The position numbers and the translations under genes were made by a program. A stretch of DNA of 51,745 nucleotides. It comes from Candidatus Omnitrophota bacterium. Lineage in GTDB: Bacteria; Omnitrophota; Gorgyraeia; Gygaellales; Profunditerraquicolaceae. The notes below the pieces were generated by a model. The model was not told where the DNA came from. It searched no databases and saw only the letters and a program-made list of their open reading frames with translations. Below, one piece after another: positions 44,204-51,745 of this stretch (positions are counted from its first letter, which is position 1; each line of letters starts with the position of its first letter). The stretch covers positions 1 through 51,745 of the forward strand of contig JAQUOD010000006.1 in the NCBI GenBank assembly GCA_028717245.1. Direction: 5' to 3'.

Positions 44204-44842
44204 ATGAAACTAGAAGAGTTCATTAAACGCGTACGGGGTCTGTCGGTAATAGACGCCGAGAATTTACTTGCCGGCGTCACTAACCCGGCGGCGGTCAAAG
44301 TGCAATTGAGCCGTTGGCGTAAATCCGGCAAACTGATTAAGCTCAAAAATAATATTTATCTATTAGCCGAAAGTTTCCGTAAGGTGGATATTTATGAGCC
44401 CTATATCGCTTCAGTGCTTAAGAAACCTTCGTATATCAGCCTCCAGAAGGCATTTGAATATCACGGGCTCATTCCTGAGGGGGTGCCGGTTTATACCTGC
44501 GTTACCACTAAGCGCCCCGGGAAAATTATTACTCCAATCGGCACATTTGACTACCGGCATATTAAAAATAGCCTTTTTTGGGGGTACGATTCATTTACGG
44601 TGAATAAACAGCTGGCATTTATCGCTAGCCCTGAAAAGGCACTTCTTGATTTTTTTTATTTAGAGGGTTTGCAGGTTGATGACGGCTATTTGGAAGAAAT
44701 GCGTTTGCAAAATACGAGAAAAATCAATTTCAACAAGCTAATAGAATACGCCAAGAAATTCCAAGGCCCCGGGATTCTAAGGGCCGCTTTGGTCATTAAG
44801 AAATACGCTGTTAAGCGCAGAAGTGAGGAAAAGCATTTATGA
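44204..44842 (+). CDS. AbiEi-family antitoxin (type IV TA / abortive infection)
   Basis: N-terminal wHTH with LSRWRKSGKLIKLKNNIYLL and a C-terminal AbiEi-type domain. ATGA overlap with the downstream NTase. Confidence 0.7.
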   Translation: MKLEEFIKRVRGLSVIDAENLLAGVTNPAAVKVQLSRWRKSGKLIKLKNNIYLLAESFRKVDIYEPYIASVLKKPSYISLQKAFEYHGLIPEGVPVYTCVTTKRPGKIITPIGTFDYRHIKNSLFWGYDSFTVNKQLAFIASPEKALLDFFYLEGLQVDDGYLEEMRLQNTRKINFNKLIEYAKKFQGPGILRAALVIKKYAVKRRSEEKHL

Positions 44843-45642
44843 AAGATTATGTATTGGAACTGGTATCCGGCAAAGAAGGGTACAACGCTAAGCTTAATAT
44901 TATGCGGGAATACCTGCAGGCATATATTTTAAGAGTAATGCACGACGAAGGCGTATTCCGTTCGGTTGCATTCTTGGGCGGCACAGCGCTTAGATTCCTG
45001 CATGGCCTGCCGAGATTTTCCGAGGACCTTGATTTTTCTTTGGTCCAAAAACCACAGGTTAGGTTTGAGGCATTACTTAAGAAGATTATGCTGGAATTAT
45101 CCTCAGCCGGATATGATACTACGTTCAGTTATAACGATAAGAAGGCCGTAAATTCAGCTTTTATTAAATTCTCAAACCTGATGTTTGAAGCGGGGGTTTC
45201 GCCTTTAAAAAGCCAGAAATTTTCTATTAAGATTGAGATTGATAACAATCCTCCACAAGGGGCTGTCCTTGAAACCCAGCTGGTAAATAAATACTTCCCT
45301 ATTTCGTTTTTGTCTTATGATACCAAGTCGCTATTTACCGGAAAACTGCATGCGTTGCTATGCAGAAAATATGCAAAAGGCAGGGACTATTTTGACCTTG
45401 GCTGGTATTTATCAAAATGGAAAGGAATAGAACCGAATTTTTTACTTTTTAAAAACGGCCTCCAGCAGACAGGATGGAGTAGTGAGCTGCCTGATAAAAA
45501 TAACTGGAGAGGGTTAATTTATAAGGTTGTTGAGCGTGCGGATTGGAAAAAGATTAAACAGGATGTTGAGCAGTTTCTAGAAAACCCATCGGATTTGAAT
45601 ATTGTTACCAGGGAAAATGTAATGCAGCTCCTGCAGCATTAA
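44839..45642 (+). CDS. AbiEii/AbiGii-family nucleotidyltransferase toxin (DUF1814)
   Basis: FLGGTALRFLHGLPRFSEDLDFS NTase motif and KLHALLCRKYAKGRDYFD. Confidence 0.8.
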   Translation: MKDYVLELVSGKEGYNAKLNIMREYLQAYILRVMHDEGVFRSVAFLGGTALRFLHGLPRFSEDLDFSLVQKPQVRFEALLKKIMLELSSAGYDTTFSYNDKKAVNSAFIKFSNLMFEAGVSPLKSQKFSIKIEIDNNPPQGAVLETQLVNKYFPISFLSYDTKSLFTGKLHALLCRKYAKGRDYFDLGWYLSKWKGIEPNFLLFKNGLQQTGWSSELPDKNNWRGLIYKVVERADWKKIKQDVEQFLENPSDLNIVTRENVMQLLQH

Positions 45643-45763
45643 TAAAAGATTTCTGCACTACCTATTCAGGGATATAAAGGTTATTTTTTCACGAGCAAAA
45701 CTATATGATAATGTTAGGGTTACGGCCCCGGGGCAGGTTTCTGAAAGTTTTTAAAAATTTTCC

Positions 45764-45792
45764 TTGACATAACCTTATTTATCGGTTATGCT
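45764..45792 (+). promoter_or_regulatory. Candidate promoter at the tpsA 5' end
   Basis: TTGACA (45764-45769), 17-nt spacer, TATGCT (45787-45792). The first ATG of the ORF (45788) lies inside the -10 box, so TTG 45839 may be the real start. Confidence 0.4.
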
Positions 45793-48700
45793 TAATTGTA
45801 AAATAAATAACCCCTATTTTAAAATAACCTTCAAAAACTTGATTCCTCCTATTTATAAAAGAAACCTGAAAATTTGGGCGAGCGTAATAGCTGTGCTATT
45901 ATGTTCTCCCCATTTTTTATATGCCGCAGAAAGAGTCATTGAAAGCGACCAAGCCAGATTAATCCTGGAATCCAGCGCAGGCTGGAATATCCCGGATGGC
46001 GACACGCTAAGAATTACTTACACCGGAAGTATCTCTGACCCAGCGGCACTATTACGCGATACCAGCGGCAATGCCTCGTACTGGGGCGGCACATACGAGT
46101 CAAATTACAACACAGTATTAGTTAATACTCGCGGTATCATCATCGGGCCGAATGCTAACATTCAGGCCGCTTCTTTTATTGCCTCAACCTTAAATATCTC
46201 CAATGATGATTTTTTAAACGACAGGTATAATTTCTATAAAGTAGCCGGTAACAACGCATTCATCATCAACCGCGGAAAAATTATTGTGCGTAATGGCGGG
46301 TATGTGGCTTTACTCTCCCAGGCAGTAGAAAATAAAGGAGTGATCCTGGCAAACTTAGGCAGGGTAGTTTTGGCATCTGGCGAAAAGATGACTCTGGCGC
46401 TAGATGACATCAATGAAATTTCCGTAGTCATTGATGAGGCAGTAAAAGATGTAGTGTTAGGAGAAAACGGAGAAAGAATTGTCAGCGCGGTGAAAAATAG
46501 CGGCACGATTAGCGCCAATGGCGGCAAGGTAATTCTAACCGCCAAGGTCTTAAACAATGTCTTTAATTATGCCATTAATAATACCGGAATCATTGAAGCT
46601 CAGTCTGTAGCTAACCATAACGGCGTAATTGAGCTGACCGCCAGCGGCGCACCAATTGTAAATACCGGCACTTTAGAAGCCGGCGCCATCAGGGTCAATG
46701 CCCAAGACACAACGTTCATCAATAAAGGTAAGCTTATTGCCGGCTCTGAACCTACCCTGCCTGACAGCGGCAAGATTGCTATCCAGGTAGGCAGCCTGGT
46801 GCAGGGCGGCTTGATTTCCGCGGATAGAATAGTGACCGTAGAAGCAGAGCGGGTGGAGGTAGTTTTAGACGGCCCACTGGCTTTAGAAATTGACCCCTTG
46901 TTAAATATCAGCCCGGGAGTAATTATCCAGGCGCCTGAAGTTAAGATAATCGCCAAGCAGTTTGGCAGCAGGACCACGCCTTTAAATATCAACGCAGCCC
47001 TTACCTATATATATAGGACGCAAGGTGACATTAATATATTAGAGAGTTTAGGTATCGGAACGAGCGTATTGCTGCGCGGCCCTCCGGATGGCTTCGGCGC
47101 AATTGTCTATAACCGCGATACAAATCTTACCTTAGAGGCACAAGCCGGAGGTATAACAACTTATGATTCCGCCATTATTCGTGCCAATAATCTTTCTTTG
47201 ATAGCAAATCAAAACATAGGGTCGATTAACCAACACGTATATTTTACAGCTAACGCTCTAATCAAAGTCACATCCTATAACAGCTCTATATATATAGATT
47301 CAAATAATTCTGATATCTATATAATAGGCGAAGTCCGCGCCCACGGCGATATAAATATTTATTCTGGCACAGGCATGATTGATGTGCGTGGCCAGAATGC
47401 GATAGTGGCTGCCGAAATAGGATATATTAACCTTGAAGCAACTACAGGCATAATTAATAACTATGGGTTAATTTCAGCTCCCTACGGAACTGTACGTTTA
47501 TGGACATCAACGCTTATGGATGGAAGCGGCGGACGCATTATCTCCATAGACTACGATGTTATTACCAATCCTGAAGATGAAAGCGTAACTACCTGGATTA
47601 ATCCTAGTAGTAGCAACTGGAATACCGCTAGTAACTGGAGCGCGGGTGTTCCTAATGCGGCTAATGAGCGCGCTGTTATAAATACCGCTGGCATAACGGT
47701 TACTTTAAATGCCAATATTACCATTGGTGGACTCGAGATATTAGACGGGATCTTGTTGTTTAGTGACAATGCTAATAGAACTTTGACAATAGTAGATACG
47801 GATAATACGATAGGCGGTAACGCCGGTCCCGGTGGCCTATATATAGGTACTTCCGGAACGCTTACCTTTGATGATAATAGAACCGGACAAAAGGTGATTA
47901 TGGCCGGGAATTATACTAATCTGGGAATATTAAATCGCAATATCGGGGCAATAGAGTTTAACAAAGCATCAGGGACACAAACCTTAAATTCAGGTGGTAC
48001 TGCTGCTGCAAAACAGTTCTACGATATTACTCACTCGGGAGCAGGCATACTGCAAATTATTACCAATAATGTTACCCTAACCCATAACCTTACTGTTTCT
48101 GCCGGAACCCTGGATCCTAATGGTTTTACGATTACCGGTAGCGGAACAAACACGTTGACTGTAACAGGCAAGTTAATAGTTGATGCCGTAACATTCACCG
48201 GTAACTATGTAGATTGGGATACTCGAACCATCAATGCTGGGAGTACTATCGATTATCAGAATGCTAATCCTACCATTGACGCTAGTTTGACCTATCAAAA
48301 CTTACAATTTAGCGGCGCAGGTACAGCAGATGTAAATGGAACATTAACGATTCAAGGAGATCTTACCAATACAGGCGGTGGGACATTAGATTTTGGTGTT
48401 AATAATGTAACGCTTAGCGGGAATGTTGCAACGAATAACATTGCCAGTTTTATAACCACTGGTACAGTTTCAATGACCAAGACTGCTGGCACGGTCACAT
48501 TCACAGGTGATATGAACGTTGGTGCGCTGACCATTAATGGTAACGGTGGGACGCTGAATCTTGGAACAGGAACGCATACTATCAGTGGTACTATTACACT
48601 GACCGCAGGCACGTTAGATTTAGCCGACAGCTCGTTAGGCGGTAGCGGTAACATCACCTTTGGCGGCGGCACGCTAAGGTATGGAGGCGCCAGCACACAA

Positions 48701-51700
48701 GATATCTCTAGTCGTATAAAGAATAGCACTAGCGCGGTCAATATCGATACCGGCGCAAACACTATTACTTTTTCTAGTGTAATTGACAATAGTAATACCG
48801 GCGGTTTAACTAAAAAAGGCACGGGCGCCCTCATATTATCAGCCACTAACACTTACACTGGCACTACCACGATCTCCGCGGGCGCGCTTGGTTTCAGTAG
48901 CGTTAGCGCCATTCCGTCCGGTAACCTGATACTTAATGGTGGCGTACTTGCCACAAACGGCACTTTCAGCCGCGCACTTGGCACTGGCGATAACCAGGTT
49001 CAGTTTGGAGCCAATGGCGGCGGTTTTTCTGCCTACGGTGGCGCGCTTTCAATTACCGGCTTTACTGGTACCCCAGTCTGGAGTAACACTACTAACTTTC
49101 TTCCGTCCGGAGCACCGTTAATTTTTGGTGACAGCACTCTTTCTAATGATGTCGTCACCTGGACAAACGATTTCTCTCTGCGTAATGCTGCCCGCACCAT
49201 CACTGTTAATGATAATCCCAATACCACTGATGATTATGCTATTATCAGCGGCGTGATTTCTTCAAGTGGCACCAGCGGTAGCCTCACTAAAGATGGTTCA
49301 GGCGCTTTAGTCCTTTCAGCCACTAACACTTACACTGGCACTACCACGATCTCCGCAGGCGCGCTTGGTTTTAGTAGTGTTAGCGTCATTCCGTCCGGTA
49401 ACCTCATACTCGACGGTGGCGTACTTGCTACAAACGGCACCTTCAGCCGCGCACTTGGCAGCACTGGTACCGGTAAAGTTCGCTTCACCAACACCACCAA
49501 CGGCGGTGGTTTTTCTGCCTATGGTGGTTCGCTTTCGGTTACCATTACTGGTACTCTGACTTGGAATTCTACTAACTTTCTTCAAAGTGGGGCACCGTTA
49601 ATTTTTGGCGACAGCACCCTTTCTGATAATGTCGTTACTTGGATAAGTAATTTCTCTTTAGGTACCATTGGCACCAATACTCGTACCATTACCGTCAATG
49701 ATAATTCTAGTACTACAGCTGATTATGCTGTTATCAGCGGCGTGATTTCGGGCAGTGCCAATAATAGCCTCACTAAAAATGGCACAGGCGCACTTGCCTT
49801 AAGCGGCTCCAATACATACGCAGGCGGCACGACGGTTAACGCCGGTACACTGAGTGTTAATAATACTAATGCGCTCGGTACAGGCGCCCTAACAGCAACA
49901 GCAGTAGGCAATACAGTCAATTACAGCCTTGCGGGCGCGCAGACCATAATAAGTACTACTTACTACAATCTTACGCTCTCCGGCAGCGGCACTAAGACTG
50001 CAGGTGGTGCTCTTACAGTTAACGGCACTCTTACCAACTCTGTTACATTAGATATGGCTGGGTATACTCTCAGCGCCGGGTCTATCGTAAACACCGGTGG
50101 CACTATACGTTTCTCCGGGGTATCTAACGGCCTTGCCATACCAACCGGCACAGTGGAGTACTACGGCACAAACCAAACCGTAGCCACTGGTCTATACGAG
50201 ACCATTAATCTTACTGCGATATCAACATATACTCCTAATGGTGCAATCACAGCCACTGACCTTACAAATGCCGGAACTTTAGATATGGGCACTTATGATC
50301 TTGATGTGTCCAGTGTGACTAATAACGGCACAATTAGGCTTGAGGGTAGTAATGGCACTTTTTCCAGCATAAGCACCGGCACTGTAGAATACTATAATGC
50401 AGGCATTTATTTTAATTGGATAGCAGGATATACTTATGACAACCTCGTATTGTCAGGAGGGGGTACTTATTTACTTGTCGATGATTCTTTAATAACCAAC
50501 AATCTGACCGTGTCCGCAGGTACGACTTTTGACCCCAATGGATATTATCTTACCGGCAGCGGCATTGCTAATATTTCTGGGACTATTTTGGTAGATGCGG
50601 CAACTTTTTCCGGTAATTATTCAGGATTTAGTACCGTAACTTTTAACGTCGGCTCAACCGTAAATTATTCCTCCAGCCTTATTGATCAGGACATTGATAG
50701 CACCTTAGACTATACAAATGCAACTTTAGAGACTTCAGGTAGCGGTACCAAGACCCTTAGCGGGCCTGCTACTGTGACCAACGTGATAGTGGGAGTCAAT
50801 ACAACATTTGATCCCGCTGGAAATCTTCTTACCGGCAGCGGCACCGCGGATATCTTCGGCACGATTAAGGTAGATGCAGATTTATTTGGCAATAATTACG
50901 CATTTAGCGGTGGGACATTAGAGTCCGGCTCAACTGTAAATTATTGCAGGCTCGGTAATCAAGAAATAGATAATATGGCTCCTACGGGTTATAGTAATTT
51001 GGTTATTTCAGGCAACGGCACAAAGACATTGGGCGGCAATACTACGGTAAATGATCTGCTATCTATGCAGGGTACAGCCAGTTTGGCGCTTAGCACATAC
51101 ACTCTTACCTATGGTGGCTCTGCTACGTTAGAGTACAAAGGAACCGCCGTTCAAACAACAGGGCCGGAATTGGCGGCTATAATTCCTAACCTTATTGTTG
51201 ACAATATTAATGGCGTCATTTTAAGTAGCAGTCCGACGATTAGCGGCACGCTCACCTTAACCAACGGTAAGTTTTTGATCACGGTTACAGCGGTGACTGA
51301 TAGTAAGCCCTATAACGGTACTACTGTTTCGGCAGGCGTGCCTACGGTCACAAGCGGTAACCTGATAGCCGGCGACAGCATCACATCCATTACCCAGACC
51401 TTCAGCAACAGAAATGCCGGCACAGGCAAAACCCTGAACCCGGCTGTGACAATAAATGATGGCAACGGCGGCAATAACTATGCCGTGACTCTGGTTGCTG
51501 ACACTACCGGTGTTATTAACCAAGAAGCGATCACCATCACCGCGGTTACCGATACCAAAGGCTATAACGGCGACACCACATCCGCCGGAATTCCTACGGT
51601 CACCTCAGGCGCCATACAAGCCGGCGACAGCATCACATCCATTACCCAGACCTTCAGCAACAGAAATGCCGGCACAGGCAAAACCCTGAACCCGGCTGTG

Positions 51701-51745
51701 ACAATAAATGATGGCAACGGCGGCAATAACTATGCCGTGACTCTG
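45788..51745 (+). CDS. Giant TpsA-like exoprotein, 3'-truncated by the window end
   Basis: Not in the supplied track because it has no stop codon. I translated frame 2 by hand and found it open for 1986 codons to the last base. It has a signal peptide (KIWASVIAVLLCSPHFLYA), a TPS/haemagglutination-activity-like domain (VLVNTRGIIIGPNANIQAASFIASTLNIS; IINRGKIIVRNGGYVALLSQAVENKGVILA), autotransporter-associated beta-strand repeats (LTKKGTGALILSATNTYTGTTTISAGAL) and YDG-like repeats at the end. Confidence 0.85.
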   Translation, partial: MLNCKINNPYFKITFKNLIPPIYKRNLKIWASVIAVLLCSPHFLYAAERVIESDQARLILESSAGWNIPDGDTLRITYTGSISDPAALLRDTSGNASYWGGTYESNYNTVLVNTRGIIIGPNANIQAASFIASTLNISNDDFLNDRYNFYKVAGNNAFIINRGKIIVRNGGYVALLSQAVENKGVILANLGRVVLASGEKMTLALDDINEISVVIDEAVKDVVLGENGERIVSAVKNSGTISANGGKVILTAKVLNNVFNYAINNTGIIEAQSVANHNGVIELTASGAPIVNTGTLEAGAIRVNAQDTTFINKGKLIAGSEPTLPDSGKIAIQVGSLVQGGLISADRIVTVEAERVEVVLDGPLALEIDPLLNISPGVIIQAPEVKIIAKQFGSRTTPLNINAALTYIYRTQGDINILESLGIGTSVLLRGPPDGFGAIVYNRDTNLTLEAQAGGITTYDSAIIRANNLSLIANQNIGSINQHVYFTANALIKVTSYNSSIYIDSNNSDIYIIGEVRAHGDINIYSGTGMIDVRGQNAIVAAEIGYINLEATTGIINNYGLISAPYGTVRLWTSTLMDGSGGRIISIDYDVITNPEDESVTTWINPSSSNWNTASNWSAGVPNAANERAVINTAGITVTLNANITIGGLEILDGILLFSDNANRTLTIVDTDNTIGGNAGPGGLYIGTSGTLTFDDNRTGQKVIMAGNYTNLGILNRNIGAIEFNKASGTQTLNSGGTAAAKQFYDITHSGAGILQIITNNVTLTHNLTVSAGTLDPNGFTITGSGTNTLTVTGKLIVDAVTFTGNYVDWDTRTINAGSTIDYQNANPTIDASLTYQNLQFSGAGTADVNGTLTIQGDLTNTGGGTLDFGVNNVTLSGNVATNNIASFITTGTVSMTKTAGTVTFTGDMNVGALTINGNGGTLNLGTGTHTISGTITLTAGTLDLADSSLGGSGNITFGGGTLRYGGASTQDISSRIKNSTSAVNIDTGANTITFSSVIDNSNTGGLTKKGTGALILSATNTYTGTTTISAGALGFSSVSAIPSGNLILNGGVLATNGTFSRALGTGDNQVQFGANGGGFSAYGGALSITGFTGTPVWSNTTNFLPSGAPLIFGDSTLSNDVVTWTNDFSLRNAARTITVNDNPNTTDDYAIISGVISSSGTSGSLTKDGSGALVLSATNTYTGTTTISAGALGFSSVSVIPSGNLILDGGVLATNGTFSRALGSTGTGKVRFTNTTNGGGFSAYGGSLSVTITGTLTWNSTNFLQSGAPLIFGDSTLSDNVVTWISNFSLGTIGTNTRTITVNDNSSTTADYAVISGVISGSANNSLTKNGTGALALSGSNTYAGGTTVNAGTLSVNNTNALGTGALTATAVGNTVNYSLAGAQTIISTTYYNLTLSGSGTKTAGGALTVNGTLTNSVTLDMAGYTLSAGSIVNTGGTIRFSGVSNGLAIPTGTVEYYGTNQTVATGLYETINLTAISTYTPNGAITATDLTNAGTLDMGTYDLDVSSVTNNGTIRLEGSNGTFSSISTGTVEYYNAGIYFNWIAGYTYDNLVLSGGGTYLLVDDSLITNNLTVSAGTTFDPNGYYLTGSGIANISGTILVDAATFSGNYSGFSTVTFNVGSTVNYSSSLIDQDIDSTLDYTNATLETSGSGTKTLSGPATVTNVIVGVNTTFDPAGNLLTGSGTADIFGTIKVDADLFGNNYAFSGGTLESGSTVNYCRLGNQEIDNMAPTGYSNLVISGNGTKTLGGNTTVNDLLSMQGTASLALSTYTLTYGGSATLEYKGTAVQTTGPELAAIIPNLIVDNINGVILSSSPTISGTLTLTNGKFLITVTAVTDSKPYNGTTVSAGVPTVTSGNLIAGDSITSITQTFSNRNAGTGKTLNPAVTINDGNGGNNYAVTLVADTTGVINQEAITITAVTDTKGYNGDTTSAGIPTVTSGAIQAGDSITSITQTFSNRNAGTGKTLNPAVTINDGNGGNNYAVTL
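48839..49792 (+). repeat. 477-bp (159-aa) tandem repeat inside tpsA
   Basis: 48839-48990 and 49316-49467 are near-identical at the DNA level (TCAGCCACTAACACTTACACTGGCACTACCACGATCTCCGC...). A third, diverged unit starts near 49768. Confidence 0.85.
51283..51745 (+). repeat. 252-bp (84-aa) YDG-like tandem repeat inside tpsA, continuing past the window
   Basis: 51367-51493 is identical to 51619-51745 (127 nt). Protein unit: ITxTAVTDxKxYNGxTxSAGxPTVTSG..AGDSITSITQTFSNRNAGTGKTLNPAVTINDGNGGNNYAVTL. Confidence 0.9.

Noticed and set aside
46234-51689. About 15 short ORFs (60-166 aa, mostly minus strand) listed in the track across 46.2-51.7 kb
   Set aside because: All are shadow ORFs of the single long + strand tpsA frame. 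Repetitive Gly/Thr/Ala/Asn codons keep several alternative frames open.

Overview
51.7-kb chromosomal window, almost all genes on the + strand, from what looks like an uncultivated anaerobic bacterium. The taxon cannot be fixed from sequence alone; the gene content is compatible with Omnitrophota/PVC-like lineages, which is an inference. Gene order: cvpA, NIF3-like, dnaG, rpoD | tRNA-Met(CAT), tRNA-Val(CAC) | COG1579 zinc-ribbon, rnhA, rnpB (RNase P RNA) | yebC, ruvC, ruvA, scpB | pheA, hisC, aroF, tyrA | cmk | lepA, lepB | pgsA-like, plsY | long leader + 111-aa ORF + PilZ | TPR/beta-barrel outer-membrane protein, convergent with a 1100-aa GH94-like protein (the only real minus-strand gene) | gatC, gatA, gatB, ctp, yibQ-like, tsaD | mgtC | bactofilin-HTH, HTH-TM | larB, fmdE-like | acsC, acsV(RACo), cooC, acsD, acsE (corrinoid Fe-S methyl branch module; no CODH/ACS in the window) | dgkA | two-partner-secretion locus: POTRA-only ORF, tpsB, an AbiEi/AbiEii toxin-antitoxin pair, then a giant tpsA-like exoprotein gene (over 1986 codons) that runs off the 3' end. 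No transposase, integrase, CRISPR array or rRNA was seen. The unexplained structure lies mostly outside the ORFs. (1) A roughly 290-nt structured-RNA-like module occurs twice in inverted orientation (5.0-5.3 kb and 26.1-26.4 kb) with compensatory base changes. (2) Nearly every intercistronic spacer is built from tandem 7-9-nt 'words', often followed by their inverted copies. These fall into several recurring families, and three such arrays sit in frame inside gatA and tsaD. (3) Two paralogous leader elements with terminator/antiterminator logic precede the PilZ operon and the OMP gene; the first has c-di-GMP-I-like segments. (4) Several near-consensus promoters abut the ATG, implying leaderless mRNAs. 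(5) A fragment derived from rnpB lies 1.2 kb upstream of the real rnpB. (6) Inverted repeats bracket the acs cluster. All functional calls come from motif recognition by eye; no database search was run.
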